From: Sphingomonadales bacterium
GTDB taxonomy: Bacteria > Pseudomonadota > Alphaproteobacteria > Sphingomonadales > Sphingomonadaceae
Assembly: GCA_038217195.1 (NCBI GenBank)
Contig: JBBQPQ010000002.1
Location: forward strand, 16,735-80,734
Direction of reading: 5' to 3'
Length of the DNA stretch: 64,000 bases
Shown here: piece after piece, positions 18,804 to 29,424 of the stretch
Layout: each line of letters opens with the position of its first letter
Numbering within the stretch: position 1 is the stretch's first letter
Translations under genes and position numbers: made by a program
The notes under the pieces: generated by a model
What the model saw: only the letters and a program-made list of their open reading frames with translations
The model's database searches: none
What the model was told of the DNA's origin: nothing

Positions 18804-20093
18804 ATGGCGAATGTAACCGTAATTGGCGCTCAATGGGGCGACGAGGGAAAAGGCAAGATTGTCGACTGGCTAGCGGAACGTGCAGATGCCGTCGTCCGTT
18901 TTCAGGGTGGGCATAACGCAGGGCACACTTTGGTCGTAGGCGACAATGTTTACAAATTGTCTTTGCTTCCGTCGGGCATTGTGACCGGGACATTGTCGAT
19001 AATCGGAAATGGCGTCGTCCTCGATCCTTGGGCTCTTCGTGATGAAATGACAAAGCTGCGCGGGCAGGGTGTTTCGATCACCACCGATAATTTTGCATTG
19101 GCGGACAATTGCGCGCTGATCTTGCCTATCCACCGCGACCTGGATGGTTTGCGCGAAACGGCTGCCGGTTCGGGCAAAATCGGTACGACGGGGCGCGGCA
19201 TTGGCCCTGCATATGAAGACAAGGTCGGACGCCGCGCCATCCGTGTATGTGATTTGGCCCATCTGGATGCATTGGAAGCGCAACTGGACCGGCTTTGCGC
19301 GCACCATGATGCGCTGCGCGCTGGGTTTGGCGAGCCACCCGTAGATCGCGCGCGCCTCATTTCAGACCTCAAGGAAATTGCACCTTTTGTTCTGGAATAT
19401 GCGCAGCCGGTCTGGAAACGGCTAAACAAGGTGCGCAAGGCAGGCGCGCGGATATTATTTGAAGGCGCGCAAGGCGTGCTGCTTGATGTCGATCACGGGA
19501 CCTATCCCTTTGTGACCTCGTCCAACACGGTCTCGGGGACGGCGGCTTCCGGTTCTGGCCTCGGGCCAAGTGCTGCAGGCTTCGTGCTTGGCATCGTCAA
19601 GGCCTATACCACACGGGTGGGGTCGGGACCCTTTCCAACCGAGCTGGAGGACGAAACGGGACAGCGGCTTGGCGAACGTGGCCACGAATTCGGAACAGTC
19701 ACGGGGCGTAAACGCCGCTGTGGTTGGTTCGACGCCGTTATCGTGCGTCAAAGCTGCGCTGTATCGGGCGTAACAGGTATTGCGCTGACGAAGCTGGATG
19801 TTTTGGACGGCTTTGACAGTATCAAGATCTGCACGGGCTACCGCCTGAACGGTAAGGTTTATGATTATCTTCCTGCCCATGCCGCAGAGCAGGCTGCCGT
19901 GGAGCCGATCTACGAAGAAATGCCAGGCTGGCAGGAAACGACGGCGGGGGCTCGCAGCTGGGCCGATCTGCCAGCGCAGGCGATAAAATATATAACCCGC
20001 GTGCAGGAATTGATCGAAACACCCGTTGCGTTGGTTTCAACCTCACCGCAGCGCGAGGATACGATATTGGTGCGCGATCCCTTCGCCGACTAG
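18804..20093 (+). CDS. purA: Adenylosuccinate synthetase
   Basis: [29 protein letters not shown] and [12 protein letters not shown]. Confidence 0.98.
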   Translation: MANVTVIGAQWGDEGKGKIVDWLAERADAVVRFQGGHNAGHTLVVGDNVYKLSLLPSGIVTGTLSIIGNGVVLDPWALRDEMTKLRGQGVSITTDNFALADNCALILPIHRDLDGLRETAAGSGKIGTTGRGIGPAYEDKVGRRAIRVCDLAHLDALEAQLDRLCAHHDALRAGFGEPPVDRARLISDLKEIAPFVLEYAQPVWKRLNKVRKAGARILFEGAQGVLLDVDHGTYPFVTSSNTVSGTAASGSGLGPSAAGFVLGIVKAYTTRVGSGPFPTELEDETGQRLGERGHEFGTVTGRKRRCGWFDAVIVRQSCAVSGVTGIALTKLDVLDGFDSIKICTGYRLNGKVYDYLPAHAAEQAAVEPIYEEMPGWQETTAGARSWADLPAQAIKYITRVQELIETPVALVSTSPQREDTILVRDPFAD

Positions 20094-21394
20094 CCGCTTT
20101 TGAGTTCGTCGTTCAGCCGTAAGCTTGCTCGCCAGAAGAAAAAGGCGGGTATGAGTCCAAGCCATGCCGCGCCATAAAGTACCCAACGGACGCTTTCGCC
20201 TCCGGCAATCGGCTGAAGCCAATCCGAAAGCACGCCGAACAACAATGGCCCCATGCCAAGACCAATGAGATTCTGCCCAAAAACGACGAGCGAGGCTGCT
20301 ATCGCGCGCGCTTCGGGCCGGACTAGGCCTTGAACGCAGCCATAAGCCGGGCCGTAATAGGCGGCGTTCAACATCGTCGGAACAATCAGGAGCGCGACAG
20401 CAATCCGCCAGTCCTCGGCATAATATCCGGCAAACAATATCGGCGCAGCAACGGCCATGCCAATGGCCGGGAGCGTCAGAATATGGCGCTTGTCATGCTT
20501 GCCAAAGACATCGGCCACTTTGCCGCCAAGCCAGGTTCCAGCTATGCCGGACACACCCAATGCAACTGCCATGGCCAATCCTGCCTCGGTGGTTGAAAGT
20601 CCGTGTGATCGGATGAAAAAACTGATGGTCCACAAGCCTTTACCATAACTCAGAAATGCCGTGAACGATGCCGCAATAAATACGTAAAGATAGGCTTTAG
20701 AGGCGAATACTTCACGTGCTGCGTCCATTATCGACAATGCCGTCTTCGCAGATGACGTCGCCTTTTTGAAATGCGCGCTGTCTTCGCAACGCCGCGGGTC
20801 ACGAATCAGAAATGGCAACACACATGCGAGCAAAATCCCGGGCGCACCTACGAGCATAAGTGCAGCGCGCCAGCCATATTGGTCATTGACGACACCGCCG
20901 ATGATAAGTCCAAGCAGACCGCCAATCGGGATGCCAAGTCCGAAAAATGCAATGGCCGACGACCGCTTTTCAGGCGGCACGCTATCCGCAATCAGGGAAT
21001 GAGCGGCAGGCGTGCAGCCGGCTTCACCAACCCCGACGCCAATACGGGCCAAAGCAAGCTGAAGGAAATTCTGCGCAACGCCGCAAACGGCGGTCATCGC
21101 TGACCAGACTGCCAGGCATAACGAAATCAGCCACACCCGGTTAGTTCGGGTATTATCGGCATAACGTGCGATAGGAATGCCTAATACAGCGTAAAACACG
21201 GCAAATGCCGGACCCGCCAAAAGCCCCAACTGGGTGTCGCTCAAGCCAAGATCACGTTTGATTGGCTCTGCAAGTATGTTGACGATCTGCCTATCGAGAA
21301 AATTCAGAATATAAACGAGAAGAAGCGCAAACAGCATCACTTTGGGATTGGTGATGGCAGGTTGATTGCTCGACGCGAGCGCCGGGTTGTTCAT
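20090..21394 (-). CDS. MFS transporter, spinster-like
   Basis: [28 protein letters not shown] and [11 protein letters not shown]; about 12 TM helices. Confidence 0.9.
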   Translation of the reverse strand: MNNPALASSNQPAITNPKVMLFALLLVYILNFLDRQIVNILAEPIKRDLGLSDTQLGLLAGPAFAVFYAVLGIPIARYADNTRTNRVWLISLCLAVWSAMTAVCGVAQNFLQLALARIGVGVGEAGCTPAAHSLIADSVPPEKRSSAIAFFGLGIPIGGLLGLIIGGVVNDQYGWRAALMLVGAPGILLACVLPFLIRDPRRCEDSAHFKKATSSAKTALSIMDAAREVFASKAYLYVFIAASFTAFLSYGKGLWTISFFIRSHGLSTTEAGLAMAVALGVSGIAGTWLGGKVADVFGKHDKRHILTLPAIGMAVAAPILFAGYYAEDWRIAVALLIVPTMLNAAYYGPAYGCVQGLVRPEARAIAASLVVFGQNLIGLGMGPLLFGVLSDWLQPIAGGESVRWVLYGAAWLGLIPAFFFWRASLRLNDELKSG

Positions 21395-21568
21395 TCGGTT
21401 TCTCCTTCTCCTAACTGCTTTTATTCAGCTATTTTCGACAATGTCAAAGGCTAGGAGACATCGCCAGAAAATCGAGAAAAAAGCGGGACCTCGCCAAAGG
21501 TGCTGAAAATCGGCTGATCGGATTATGTCGCCATTGACTGTTGCTAGTATCGCGGCTCTGGGGGCAGC

Positions 21569-22306
21569 ATGACAACACGTGAAACGACGGCGTTGATGCC
21601 GCTCTCCGATCTGGACCTTAACCTGTCATCGTGGGATCGTTTCATGGTTTTGGCCTATGGCACCATTCAATGGCCATGGTTGTTGCGCAGCCTTGATGGT
21701 GGCCGCAAAAAGGACAAGGCCGAATTGCTTGCATATCTGGACTTGCCGATTGATGCGCTTCCAAATTTGGGTAGCTGGAAAGCGGATACCCATTTTTTGT
21801 GGCATATCGTTTTGGCAATTGAAGAATTGCGTCCTGAACAAGTTGTTGAGCTTGGTTGTGGCGCATCGACTTTTGTTGCTGCCCGCGCACTACAACTGTT
21901 CGGCGGCGGCAAACTGATCAGCTTTGACCAGCATGCAGATTTTGCGTCGACAACGCAAAGCTGGATTCGCGCCAACAGTATGTCAGCGGTAATCCGGCAC
22001 GCACCATTGGGAGCGCCTCCTGCTGGCTGGCCTGGACATTGGTATCAGTTAACTGATGTCCCGTCCGAAATTGATCTACTAATTGTCGATGGCCCGCCTT
22101 GGGCTATTCATCCGCACGTAAGAGGTGCAGCTTCGAGCTTATTTCCGCTCATCCGTCCCGGCGGCCGGGTTTTGCTTGATGACGCAGCACGACCCGGCGA
22201 ACGTGTTGTTGCGCGGCGCTGGCGCAAGGAACATTGCAACATGCAATTCACTCTTGATACCCGTGGTGCCAAGGGCACCTTGCTGGGATATAAATACCCC
22301 GCTTAG
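21569..22306 (+). CDS. Class I SAM-dependent methyltransferase
   Basis: VVELGCGAST (motif I), IDLLIVDGP and VLLDD. Confidence 0.8.
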   Translation: MTTRETTALMPLSDLDLNLSSWDRFMVLAYGTIQWPWLLRSLDGGRKKDKAELLAYLDLPIDALPNLGSWKADTHFLWHIVLAIEELRPEQVVELGCGASTFVAARALQLFGGGKLISFDQHADFASTTQSWIRANSMSAVIRHAPLGAPPAGWPGHWYQLTDVPSEIDLLIVDGPPWAIHPHVRGAASSLFPLIRPGGRVLLDDAARPGERVVARRWRKEHCNMQFTLDTRGAKGTLLGYKYPA

Positions 22307-23646
22307 AGTTTCTTAGTCCGTTCATCGGTGACCATGTCTTCGGCGAGGTCTAGCCCTGCTTTTCCTCCGGCGACTGTATGGGCAGGGGCATGTGGTGACT
22401 CGATGTAGTCCGGCTCCTCGACCTCAAGCATGCCTTCCCACTTGGTGATGACCGATGTCGCCACTGCGTTGCCAACGACATTGGTAGCGGTGCGGCCCAT
22501 GTCGAGGAACTGGTCAATTGCCAAAATGAGAGCAACCCCCTCCACCGGCAGGTCGAACATGGCCAATGTGCCGGTAATAACAACCAGCGATGCGCGCGGG
22601 ACTGCAGCGACACCTTTGGACGAAATCATGAGCGTCAGCAGGATCAGGATCTGCGTCGCGATCGGCAAATCAATGCCATAAGCCTGCGCGATAAAGATCG
22701 TCGCAAAGCTCATATACATCATCGAGCCATCAAGATTGAAGCTATACCCCAGTGGCAGCATGAACCCCGAAATACGGCGCGGGACGCCAAAACGGTCAAG
22801 CTGTTCAAACAGCTTAGGCAAAGCCGCCTCGCTCGACGCGGTCGAAAAGGCGATCAACATTGGCTCGCGAATATAACGGATGAGCGTCCATATGCGGCGA
22901 CCCAGAAAAATTGAACCCAGCGACAGCAGGATTGTCCAAAGCAGAGCAAGCGACAAATAGAATTCCGTCACCAGTTCCAGATAGGTAGCAAGGATTGCAA
23001 GGCCACTTTTCGCAACGACAGCGGCGAGCGCACCGAAGACTGCAACCGGGGCATACCGCATCACATAATGCGTAATTTGGAGCATCATTTCAGCTAATGC
23101 CTCGGCACCACGAACGAGCGGCGCACCCTTCTCACCTAAAGCCGACAGTGCGATCCCTGCAAATAATGCGAACACCAAAATCTGTAAAATATTATTGGTA
23201 GCCATGGCTTCAAAGGCATTTTTCGGGAAAATCGAGAGAATAAATTCCCAGAAATCGAGCTTTTTGACTTCGCCGATGGTTGCTGCGGCATTGGCGATCG
23301 TGTCGACCGGGGCGCCAATTCCTGGCTGAAACACGTTGACCATCAAAAGACCAAGGCCAATCGAGATAAAGCTCGCGACGATAAACCACGTTATAGCGCG
23401 AAACCCAATGCGGCCCAACGCTGAACTGTCGCCCATATGCGCAATTCCGACCACGATCGTCGATAATATCAGTGGGGCAACCAGCAGCTTGATCAGATTA
23501 AGGAAGATGTCAGACAGCAGTTTGAACGTCTTTGTCAGATATTCGAATTGGGCGCTTTCGGGTGCGAAATTTTGATGGACTGCGTAGCCAACCGCCACGC
23601 CAAGGATCATTCCTGCCAAAATCCACAATGTAAGCCGTTTATCCAC
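22303..23646 (-). CDS. Dicarboxylate/amino acid:cation symporter (DAACS, GltP/DctA-like)
   Basis: AFSTASSEAALP and LGYSFNLDG signatures, DMGRTATNVVGN. Start set at GTG 23646 (MDKRLTLW). Confidence 0.93.
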   Translation of the reverse strand: MDKRLTLWILAGMILGVAVGYAVHQNFAPESAQFEYLTKTFKLLSDIFLNLIKLLVAPLILSTIVVGIAHMGDSSALGRIGFRAITWFIVASFISIGLGLLMVNVFQPGIGAPVDTIANAAATIGEVKKLDFWEFILSIFPKNAFEAMATNNILQILVFALFAGIALSALGEKGAPLVRGAEALAEMMLQITHYVMRYAPVAVFGALAAVVAKSGLAILATYLELVTEFYLSLALLWTILLSLGSIFLGRRIWTLIRYIREPMLIAFSTASSEAALPKLFEQLDRFGVPRRISGFMLPLGYSFNLDGSMMYMSFATIFIAQAYGIDLPIATQILILLTLMISSKGVAAVPRASLVVITGTLAMFDLPVEGVALILAIDQFLDMGRTATNVVGNAVATSVITKWEGMLEVEEPDYIESPHAPAHTVAGGKAGLDLAEDMVTDERTKKL

Positions 23647-23753
23647 GCAACTCTCCAACACTCTATGTTTCAGGCGACGCTACACAGGAGCAATAATCCT
23701 AGCAACAAGTTACCGACGCGACTTGTCTAAGCAACATAAGGGCGTCATAAGCC

Positions 23754-23770
23754 TTGTAATAAAATTACAA
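23754..23770. promoter_or_regulatory. Perfect 7-3-7 palindrome, candidate operator
   Basis: TTGTAAT-AAA-ATTACAA in the divergent DAACS / gdh intergenic region. Confidence 0.65.
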
Positions 23771-23829
23771 CGCATTTTGTCGTTGTTCATGGCACTCAAC
23801 CCATGCTCGCGGGCTTAGGAGATAATTTC

Positions 23830-26800
23830 ATGGCGGCCGCCAAAGTTGCAAAAACGAACGATAAAGTTGACCGGACCCTCCTGAAGGCGATGGTCTCAGC
23901 CTTTGCCGAGACGGCTCTCCCCGGCGAGAATGAGGGTTTTGACGCAAAGGCTGCGGAAGACGCCGCGCGTTTCACCATCGAGGCTGGGCTTCACCGCAAG
24001 CCTGGAACGGCGGCCATTGTGCTCGACAGCTTTACGGACGCACGCGGCCGATTGATGATGCGCATTGCGCTGAACAATGACGACATGCCCTTCTTGGTAG
24101 ACTCGGTGTCGTCCGCTGTGGCCGCTTATGGCATCGCTGTTAAACGCATCATTCATCCTGTGTTGAGCGTCGTTCGTGATGACAGCCTCGCACTTAAAAC
24201 TGTCAGCCGGAAACGGAACGATGGGGAAGCCCGCGAGTCATTCATTTATTTGGAAACAGAACGGGTCGACGCAAAGGAACGTCGACAGCTTGAAATGCAT
24301 CTCGATGCTGTTCTGGCCGACGTTCGCGGCGCGGTGCTCGACTGGCGCGGCATGCTGGCGGCTTTGTCTGCGGATGCTAGCAGCCTTCCCGACAGCGAAG
24401 GCACAGGCCTCGTGCGCTGGTTTCTCGACAATAAGATGACGGTGCTGGCGCACGAACGTATAAGCAAGGACGGCTCGCGGTCAGAACGTCTTGGCTTGTC
24501 CCGTGTCACCGACGCACCTGTGCTATCAGAAGACAGTGTTGGCCTTGCCATTAAATGGTTCGAGGACGGCGGTATAGCGCCCCTGGTGCTGAAATCGAAC
24601 CGGGTCTCGACTGTCCATCGCAACGTTCAGCTGGATCTTATCGTCATTCCCGTAAAAACCGGCAACCGCATAACGGGTCTTGCCGTCACAGCCGGGCTTT
24701 GGACCAGCGCGGCGCTTGCTACTGCGCCAGAGCAGATACCGGTGCTCAGAATGCATCTGTCGACGCTCATGGACCGCTTCGGCTTTGATCCCTCGGGTCA
24801 TGCCGGCAAGGCGATGGCGCATGCATTGACTGCATTGCCACATGACCTTTTGGTCGCGCTGACGCTGGAAGATCTGGAACGTGTCACGCTGACCGCAATG
24901 TCGCTAACAGACCGGCCAAGACCGAAATTGATCGCATTGCGTTCGCCGCTCGGACGGCATCTCTACATTTTCGTCTGGTTGCCACGTGATGACGTCTCGA
25001 CGGGTATCCGCAAACAGATTCAAACGATGCTGACTGATGCCACTGGCGGTTCCTTGTTGGCTTGGACCATTGGACTTGAAGATGGCGGCGTAGCCATGCT
25101 GCGCTATACGCTCGATTTGCCCGACCGCGGTCAGAATGTCGACGAAGCTGCCCTTGATGCGAAGCTTGAGCTCATGGTCCGCGGATGGGAACCGGCAGTA
25201 GAAGCATCCCTTTCGCGCCTGACTGACGAAAAACGCGCCGCGGCGATGCTGGTGCGATATGGCGCGGGTTTTCCCGTCAATTACCGCAACACCTATTCCA
25301 CCGAAGAAGCCGCGCGCGACATGATCGGCTTGCTGGCCATGGAGCGTGACCATAGCAAGATCACACGGCTATGCTTTGATAATGACGTACTCCGGCTGAA
25401 AATCTACAGCGGCGGTGGCGCTTTGCCACTCAGCGACGTTGTCCCGGCGCTTGAGAATTTCGGCTTTGATGTCCTCGAAGAATCGCCGACGGCATTGGGC
25501 GATGGTAATTATATTCATGATTTCCGCCTTTCGCTTCGCGGCGGCGACGTCGCCACAGTGATGCACAATCCTGGCGTTCTGGAAGGCGCACTTAGTCAGG
25601 TTCTTGACGGTGCCTTTGAAAATGACGTGTTCAACCAGTTGGTCACCATTGGCGGATTAGAACCTCATGCGGTTATCTGGCTGCGGGCATGGTATCGTTA
25701 TTTGCGTCAGACGGGTGTCACATATGGCATGCCCACTGTCGTCTTGGCTTTGGGCAAAAATGCCAATGTAACTCGCTCCATCATCGCATTGTTTGACGTC
25801 CTGCATAACCCGGTTGTGGGCCGAGACCGAGATAAGGAAGCCGCAAAATACGTGAAATCGATCAACGCCGATCTGTCGGCAGTGTCGGCTATTGACGAAG
25901 ACCGCATTTTACGCCGTTTCTTGGCCATTGTTCTGGCAACGCTGCGGACAAACGCCTTTTCCGATGCCGCTGCCGAGGCGCTTGCTTTCAAACTGGATTG
26001 TGCAAAAGTGCCCGGACTTCCGGCGCCACTCCCCTGGCGTGAGGTGTTTGTCTATTCGCCCAGGGTGGAGGGCATTCATTTGCGGGCTGGACCAGTCGCA
26101 CGTGGCGGCTTGCGCTGGTCGGACCGGCGTGACGATTTCCGTACAGAAGTCTTAGGCCTGATGAAGGCTCAGCGCGTCAAGAACGCAGTTATTGTCCCCA
26201 CAGGTGCCAAGGGCGGATTTTATCCAAAACGGTTGCCCGACATGCGCGTTGACCGCGATGCATGGTTTGCCGAGGGCACTGAAGCCTACAAGATTTTCAT
26301 TCGCACATTACTGTCGATCACCGACAATATCGTGAACGACCGGATTGTGCATCCTGCCGATGTCGTCATTCATGACGGCGACGATCCGTATTTCGTCGTG
26401 GCAGCGGACAAAGGCACAGCGACATTTTCGGACACCGCGAATGCCATTGCGCTGGACCATAATTTCTGGCTCGGGGATGCTTTCGCAAGCGGAGGATCGG
26501 TTGGCTACGACCATAAAGCCATGGGCATTACCGCGAAGGGCGGCTGGCTCTCCGTGCAGCGACATTTTGCCGAAATGGGCATTGATATCCAAAAGGAACC
26601 CGTCAAGGTGGCTGGCGTCGGCGACATGTCTGGTGATGTGTTTGGCAATGGGATGCTGTTGTCGAAGACGCTGAAACTGGTTGCAGCATTTGATCATCGG
26701 CACATCTTTCTCGACCCTGATCCCGACACTGCAAGCAGTTGGAAAGAGCGGCAGCGACTGTTCAATCTGCCGCGGTCCAGTTGGCTCGATTACGACGCTA

Positions 26801-28479
26801 AACTGATATCAAAGGGTGGCGGCGTATTTGCCAGAACCGAAAAATCGATCAAGACAACACCAGAAATCAGAGCTTTGCTGGGCATTGATACGAAAGAAAT
26901 TGAACCTTCTGCATTGATGACGGCAATATTGAAGGCGCCGGTTCAGCTGATGTGGTTTGGCGGTATCGGCACCTACATCAAGGACCGGAGCGAGAGCCAT
27001 CTTGATGTCGGTGACCCCGGTAACGACCCCATTCGTGTGAACGGAGCTGACGTCCGGGCGCAGGTTATCGGCGAAGGTGCAAACCTTGGTGTCACTCAAG
27101 CTGGCCGCATCGGCTACGCCCTGCGTGGTGGCCGTATCAACACCGACTTCATTGACAACAGCGCCGGCGTCGATTGCTCGGACAATGAAGTGAATATCAA
27201 GATTGCGCTGAACGCACAGATGCGTGCGGGCAAGCTGAAGGAACCTGTCCGCAACAAATTGCTGGTAGATATGACGGATGCTGTTGCCCACTTGGTGCTT
27301 GAAGACAACCGGTTGCAAACGCTTGCGCTATCCATTGCTGAGACTGGTGGTGTCGGCGATTTGCCAGCTTATGTTCGGCTCATCGAGATATTTGAAAGCA
27401 CTGGCCGGCTTGATCGAGTGGTCGAGGGGCTTGCTCCTAATGAAGAGTTTTTCCGTCGGGCAAGCGAGGGCCGTGGCCTGACACGTCCGGAACTCGCAAT
27501 ATTGCTCTCCACGGCCAAACTTGCCGCGCAGGACGGTGTAGAGGAAGCACCGTTGGCGCAGGACGAGGCCATGGACAGAGAGCTGCTGGCTGCGTTTCCG
27601 GACTTGATGGTAAAAGCGCACAAGTCTGCCATTTTGGCACACCGCCTGCGCAAGGAAATCATTGCGACCAAATTGGCCAACAGGATGATCAACCGGCTTG
27701 GCATGCTCCATCCGTTTGAACTGGCGGAAGAAGAGGGATGTGGCCTGGGCGACGTAGCTGCGGCATTTGCGATTGCGGAGCGCATTTATGATTTGCCGTC
27801 TTTGTGGGACGCGATCGATACCAGCCATATGCCTGAATCCACGCGTCTCATGTTGTTTAACCAGGCGGCCGTGGAAACGCGCGCCCAAATGGCGGACATC
27901 ATCCGCAACGGCCATGAGGGCCGCGATGTCAGCGCAACAACCGCCATTTATGCGCCAGTGGTGCAAAAACTGTCGGCTGCACTGGAAGGGTTGCTTCCCA
28001 ATGACGTTCGTCTCCAGACCGAACGTTTTGGAGCGCGGCTGACCGAAAATGGCGCGCCGCATAAAATCGCGGACAGGTTGGTGCAACTGGCGCAACTGGA
28101 TGGCGCCATTGGCCTTGCCGCGCTTTCATCTGCACAAAAGGGCGACGTCACCGCGCTCACGCGGGCATTTACCGCTATTGGCGATGCACTCGGCTTAAGC
28201 TGGGCACAGGGGACAGCCATGCAACTTGACCCACAGGACCCGTGGGAACGCCTCTTGGTGGCGGGTCTGGCGCGGGACTTTCAGACTATGCGCCTTGACT
28301 TCCTACGCCGCCGTGCTGCGAAAAAGCCGCTGGACGACGCGCAGGACTGGTTGCAGACCAATGCTGTTCGCGTGCGGGCATTTAAGGCCATGGTCGACCG
28401 GGCTCGGATGGCCGGGATGCCAACCCCTGCCATGCTGGCACAGGTTGCCGGACAGGCCAGGGTATTGTTGGGGCGATAG
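23830..28479 (+). CDS. gdhB: Large NAD-specific glutamate dehydrogenase (GdhB/GdhZ type)
   Basis: About 1550 aa. RGGLRWSDRRDDFRTEVLGLMKAQRVKNAVIVPTGAKGGF, VVAADKGTATFSD, GVGDMSGDVFGNGM and DFIDNSAGV. Confidence 0.95.
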   Translation: MAAAKVAKTNDKVDRTLLKAMVSAFAETALPGENEGFDAKAAEDAARFTIEAGLHRKPGTAAIVLDSFTDARGRLMMRIALNNDDMPFLVDSVSSAVAAYGIAVKRIIHPVLSVVRDDSLALKTVSRKRNDGEARESFIYLETERVDAKERRQLEMHLDAVLADVRGAVLDWRGMLAALSADASSLPDSEGTGLVRWFLDNKMTVLAHERISKDGSRSERLGLSRVTDAPVLSEDSVGLAIKWFEDGGIAPLVLKSNRVSTVHRNVQLDLIVIPVKTGNRITGLAVTAGLWTSAALATAPEQIPVLRMHLSTLMDRFGFDPSGHAGKAMAHALTALPHDLLVALTLEDLERVTLTAMSLTDRPRPKLIALRSPLGRHLYIFVWLPRDDVSTGIRKQIQTMLTDATGGSLLAWTIGLEDGGVAMLRYTLDLPDRGQNVDEAALDAKLELMVRGWEPAVEASLSRLTDEKRAAAMLVRYGAGFPVNYRNTYSTEEAARDMIGLLAMERDHSKITRLCFDNDVLRLKIYSGGGALPLSDVVPALENFGFDVLEESPTALGDGNYIHDFRLSLRGGDVATVMHNPGVLEGALSQVLDGAFENDVFNQLVTIGGLEPHAVIWLRAWYRYLRQTGVTYGMPTVVLALGKNANVTRSIIALFDVLHNPVVGRDRDKEAAKYVKSINADLSAVSAIDEDRILRRFLAIVLATLRTNAFSDAAAEALAFKLDCAKVPGLPAPLPWREVFVYSPRVEGIHLRAGPVARGGLRWSDRRDDFRTEVLGLMKAQRVKNAVIVPTGAKGGFYPKRLPDMRVDRDAWFAEGTEAYKIFIRTLLSITDNIVNDRIVHPADVVIHDGDDPYFVVAADKGTATFSDTANAIALDHNFWLGDAFASGGSVGYDHKAMGITAKGGWLSVQRHFAEMGIDIQKEPVKVAGVGDMSGDVFGNGMLLSKTLKLVAAFDHRHIFLDPDPDTASSWKERQRLFNLPRSSWLDYDAKLISKGGGVFARTEKSIKTTPEIRALLGIDTKEIEPSALMTAILKAPVQLMWFGGIGTYIKDRSESHLDVGDPGNDPIRVNGADVRAQVIGEGANLGVTQAGRIGYALRGGRINTDFIDNSAGVDCSDNEVNIKIALNAQMRAGKLKEPVRNKLLVDMTDAVAHLVLEDNRLQTLALSIAETGGVGDLPAYVRLIEIFESTGRLDRVVEGLAPNEEFFRRASEGRGLTRPELAILLSTAKLAAQDGVEEAPLAQDEAMDRELLAAFPDLMVKAHKSAILAHRLRKEIIATKLANRMINRLGMLHPFELAEEEGCGLGDVAAAFAIAERIYDLPSLWDAIDTSHMPESTRLMLFNQAAVETRAQMADIIRNGHEGRDVSATTAIYAPVVQKLSAALEGLLPNDVRLQTERFGARLTENGAPHKIADRLVQLAQLDGAIGLAALSSAQKGDVTALTRAFTAIGDALGLSWAQGTAMQLDPQDPWERLLVAGLARDFQTMRLDFLRRRAAKKPLDDAQDWLQTNAVRVRAFKAMVDRARMAGMPTPAMLAQVAGQARVLLGR

Positions 28480-28482
28480 GAA

Positions 28483-28608
28483 CTAGCTCTTCGGTGCCAG
28501 CCCGGCGACGCTTCCCTTCGTTGACGGGTTTGACGCATTTTGCTTTTTGGGTTTTTCGGCCTTCGGTTTGCGGACTTCGCGGCTCGATTTCTTTTGGCTT
28601 TTGGCCAT
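28483..28608 (-). CDS. 41-aa Lys-rich small protein, below the ORF-track cutoff
   Basis: ATG at 28608 preceded by AAGGAAAAGATC. Reads MAKSQKKSSREVRKPKAEKPKKQNASNPSTKGSVAGLAPKS*, with TAG at 28483-28485. Confidence 0.6.
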   Translation of the reverse strand: MAKSQKKSSREVRKPKAEKPKKQNASNPSTKGSVAGLAPKS

Positions 28609-28635
28609 GATCTTTTCCTTCGGGGACAGGGCAGT

Positions 28636-28664
28636 TTGCTCAACGTCTGGATTGCTCAACAGTT
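28636..28664 (-). promoter_or_regulatory. ECF-type promoter candidate and 9-bp direct repeat
   Basis: Minus strand AAC-N16-CGTT (28664..28642). TTGCTCAAC occurs at 28636-28644 and 28652-28660. Confidence 0.35.
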
Positions 28665-28742
28665 AATGCCGAACAGATGTGCGCTAAACAGGATATAGGC
28701 GTGCGACCGCCCGGTTATAAGAGCGGGTTTACGCAGTTTTGC

Positions 28743-29336
28743 TCAGGCGACCGCTTCGACGTCGCGTTTATAGATGCTGTTGAGTGGGCTGCGGAAAAGC
28801 TTCATCACCATTGGCTCAAAAAAATCGAGTGGCAGCGTGTCATAATCAGGATCGAACGACGGACAGTCATATTTATCTATGAACTCTTCGGTCTCCGCAA
28901 AATATTCGTGGCCGCGAAACTTTTCCCGCATGTCGCGGTCAAGGCCGAGATGGTGGAAAAAATTGTGACCTTGGAAAATGCCGTGATTCTGGACAATCCA
29001 GTGCAGTTTTTCAGACACAAATGGCTTTAAAATAGCTGCAGCAATGTCCGGATGGTTGGCTGCACCCAAGGTATCGCCAATATCATGTAACAGAGCCATG
29101 ACGACGTAGTCCTCGTCCCGACCGTCGCGATAGGCGCGCGTTGCCGTTTGCAAGGAGTGCGTTAGCCGATCGACCGCAAATCCTCCAAAATCGCCATCAA
29201 GCAATTGCAGATGGGCCATAATCCGGCGGCCACCATCTTGCGCAAATGGGATGTTGTGCCGCATTATGATTTGCCAGTCCTCTTGCGTGCTCTGCGACAT
29301 GTCGTGAAAACTTGCGCGGTCGTCGTGATTGTCCAT
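28743..29336 (-). CDS. HD-domain protein, PhnZ/TmpB-like putative diiron enzyme
   Basis: Candidate ligands H60, H84-D85, H95, H118 and D157 (LTHSLQTA, LLHDIG, NHPD, NHG, KYD). Confidence 0.8.
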   Translation of the reverse strand: MDNHDDRASFHDMSQSTQEDWQIIMRHNIPFAQDGGRRIMAHLQLLDGDFGGFAVDRLTHSLQTATRAYRDGRDEDYVVMALLHDIGDTLGAANHPDIAAAILKPFVSEKLHWIVQNHGIFQGHNFFHHLGLDRDMREKFRGHEYFAETEEFIDKYDCPSFDPDYDTLPLDFFEPMVMKLFRSPLNSIYKRDVEAVA

Positions 29337-29424
29337 TGGATTATCCTCTCGCGTCTAACATTAACAATGTTGGTTCATGAAACAAGGGCTTCATGCAAAC
29401 GCGAAATGCCGCTAGACCGAATGC

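Noticed and set aside
28281-28643. 120-aa minus-strand ORF from the track
   Set aside because: Overlaps the gdh 3' end. The 41-aa ORF in another frame (28483-28608) has the RBS and fits the gap.
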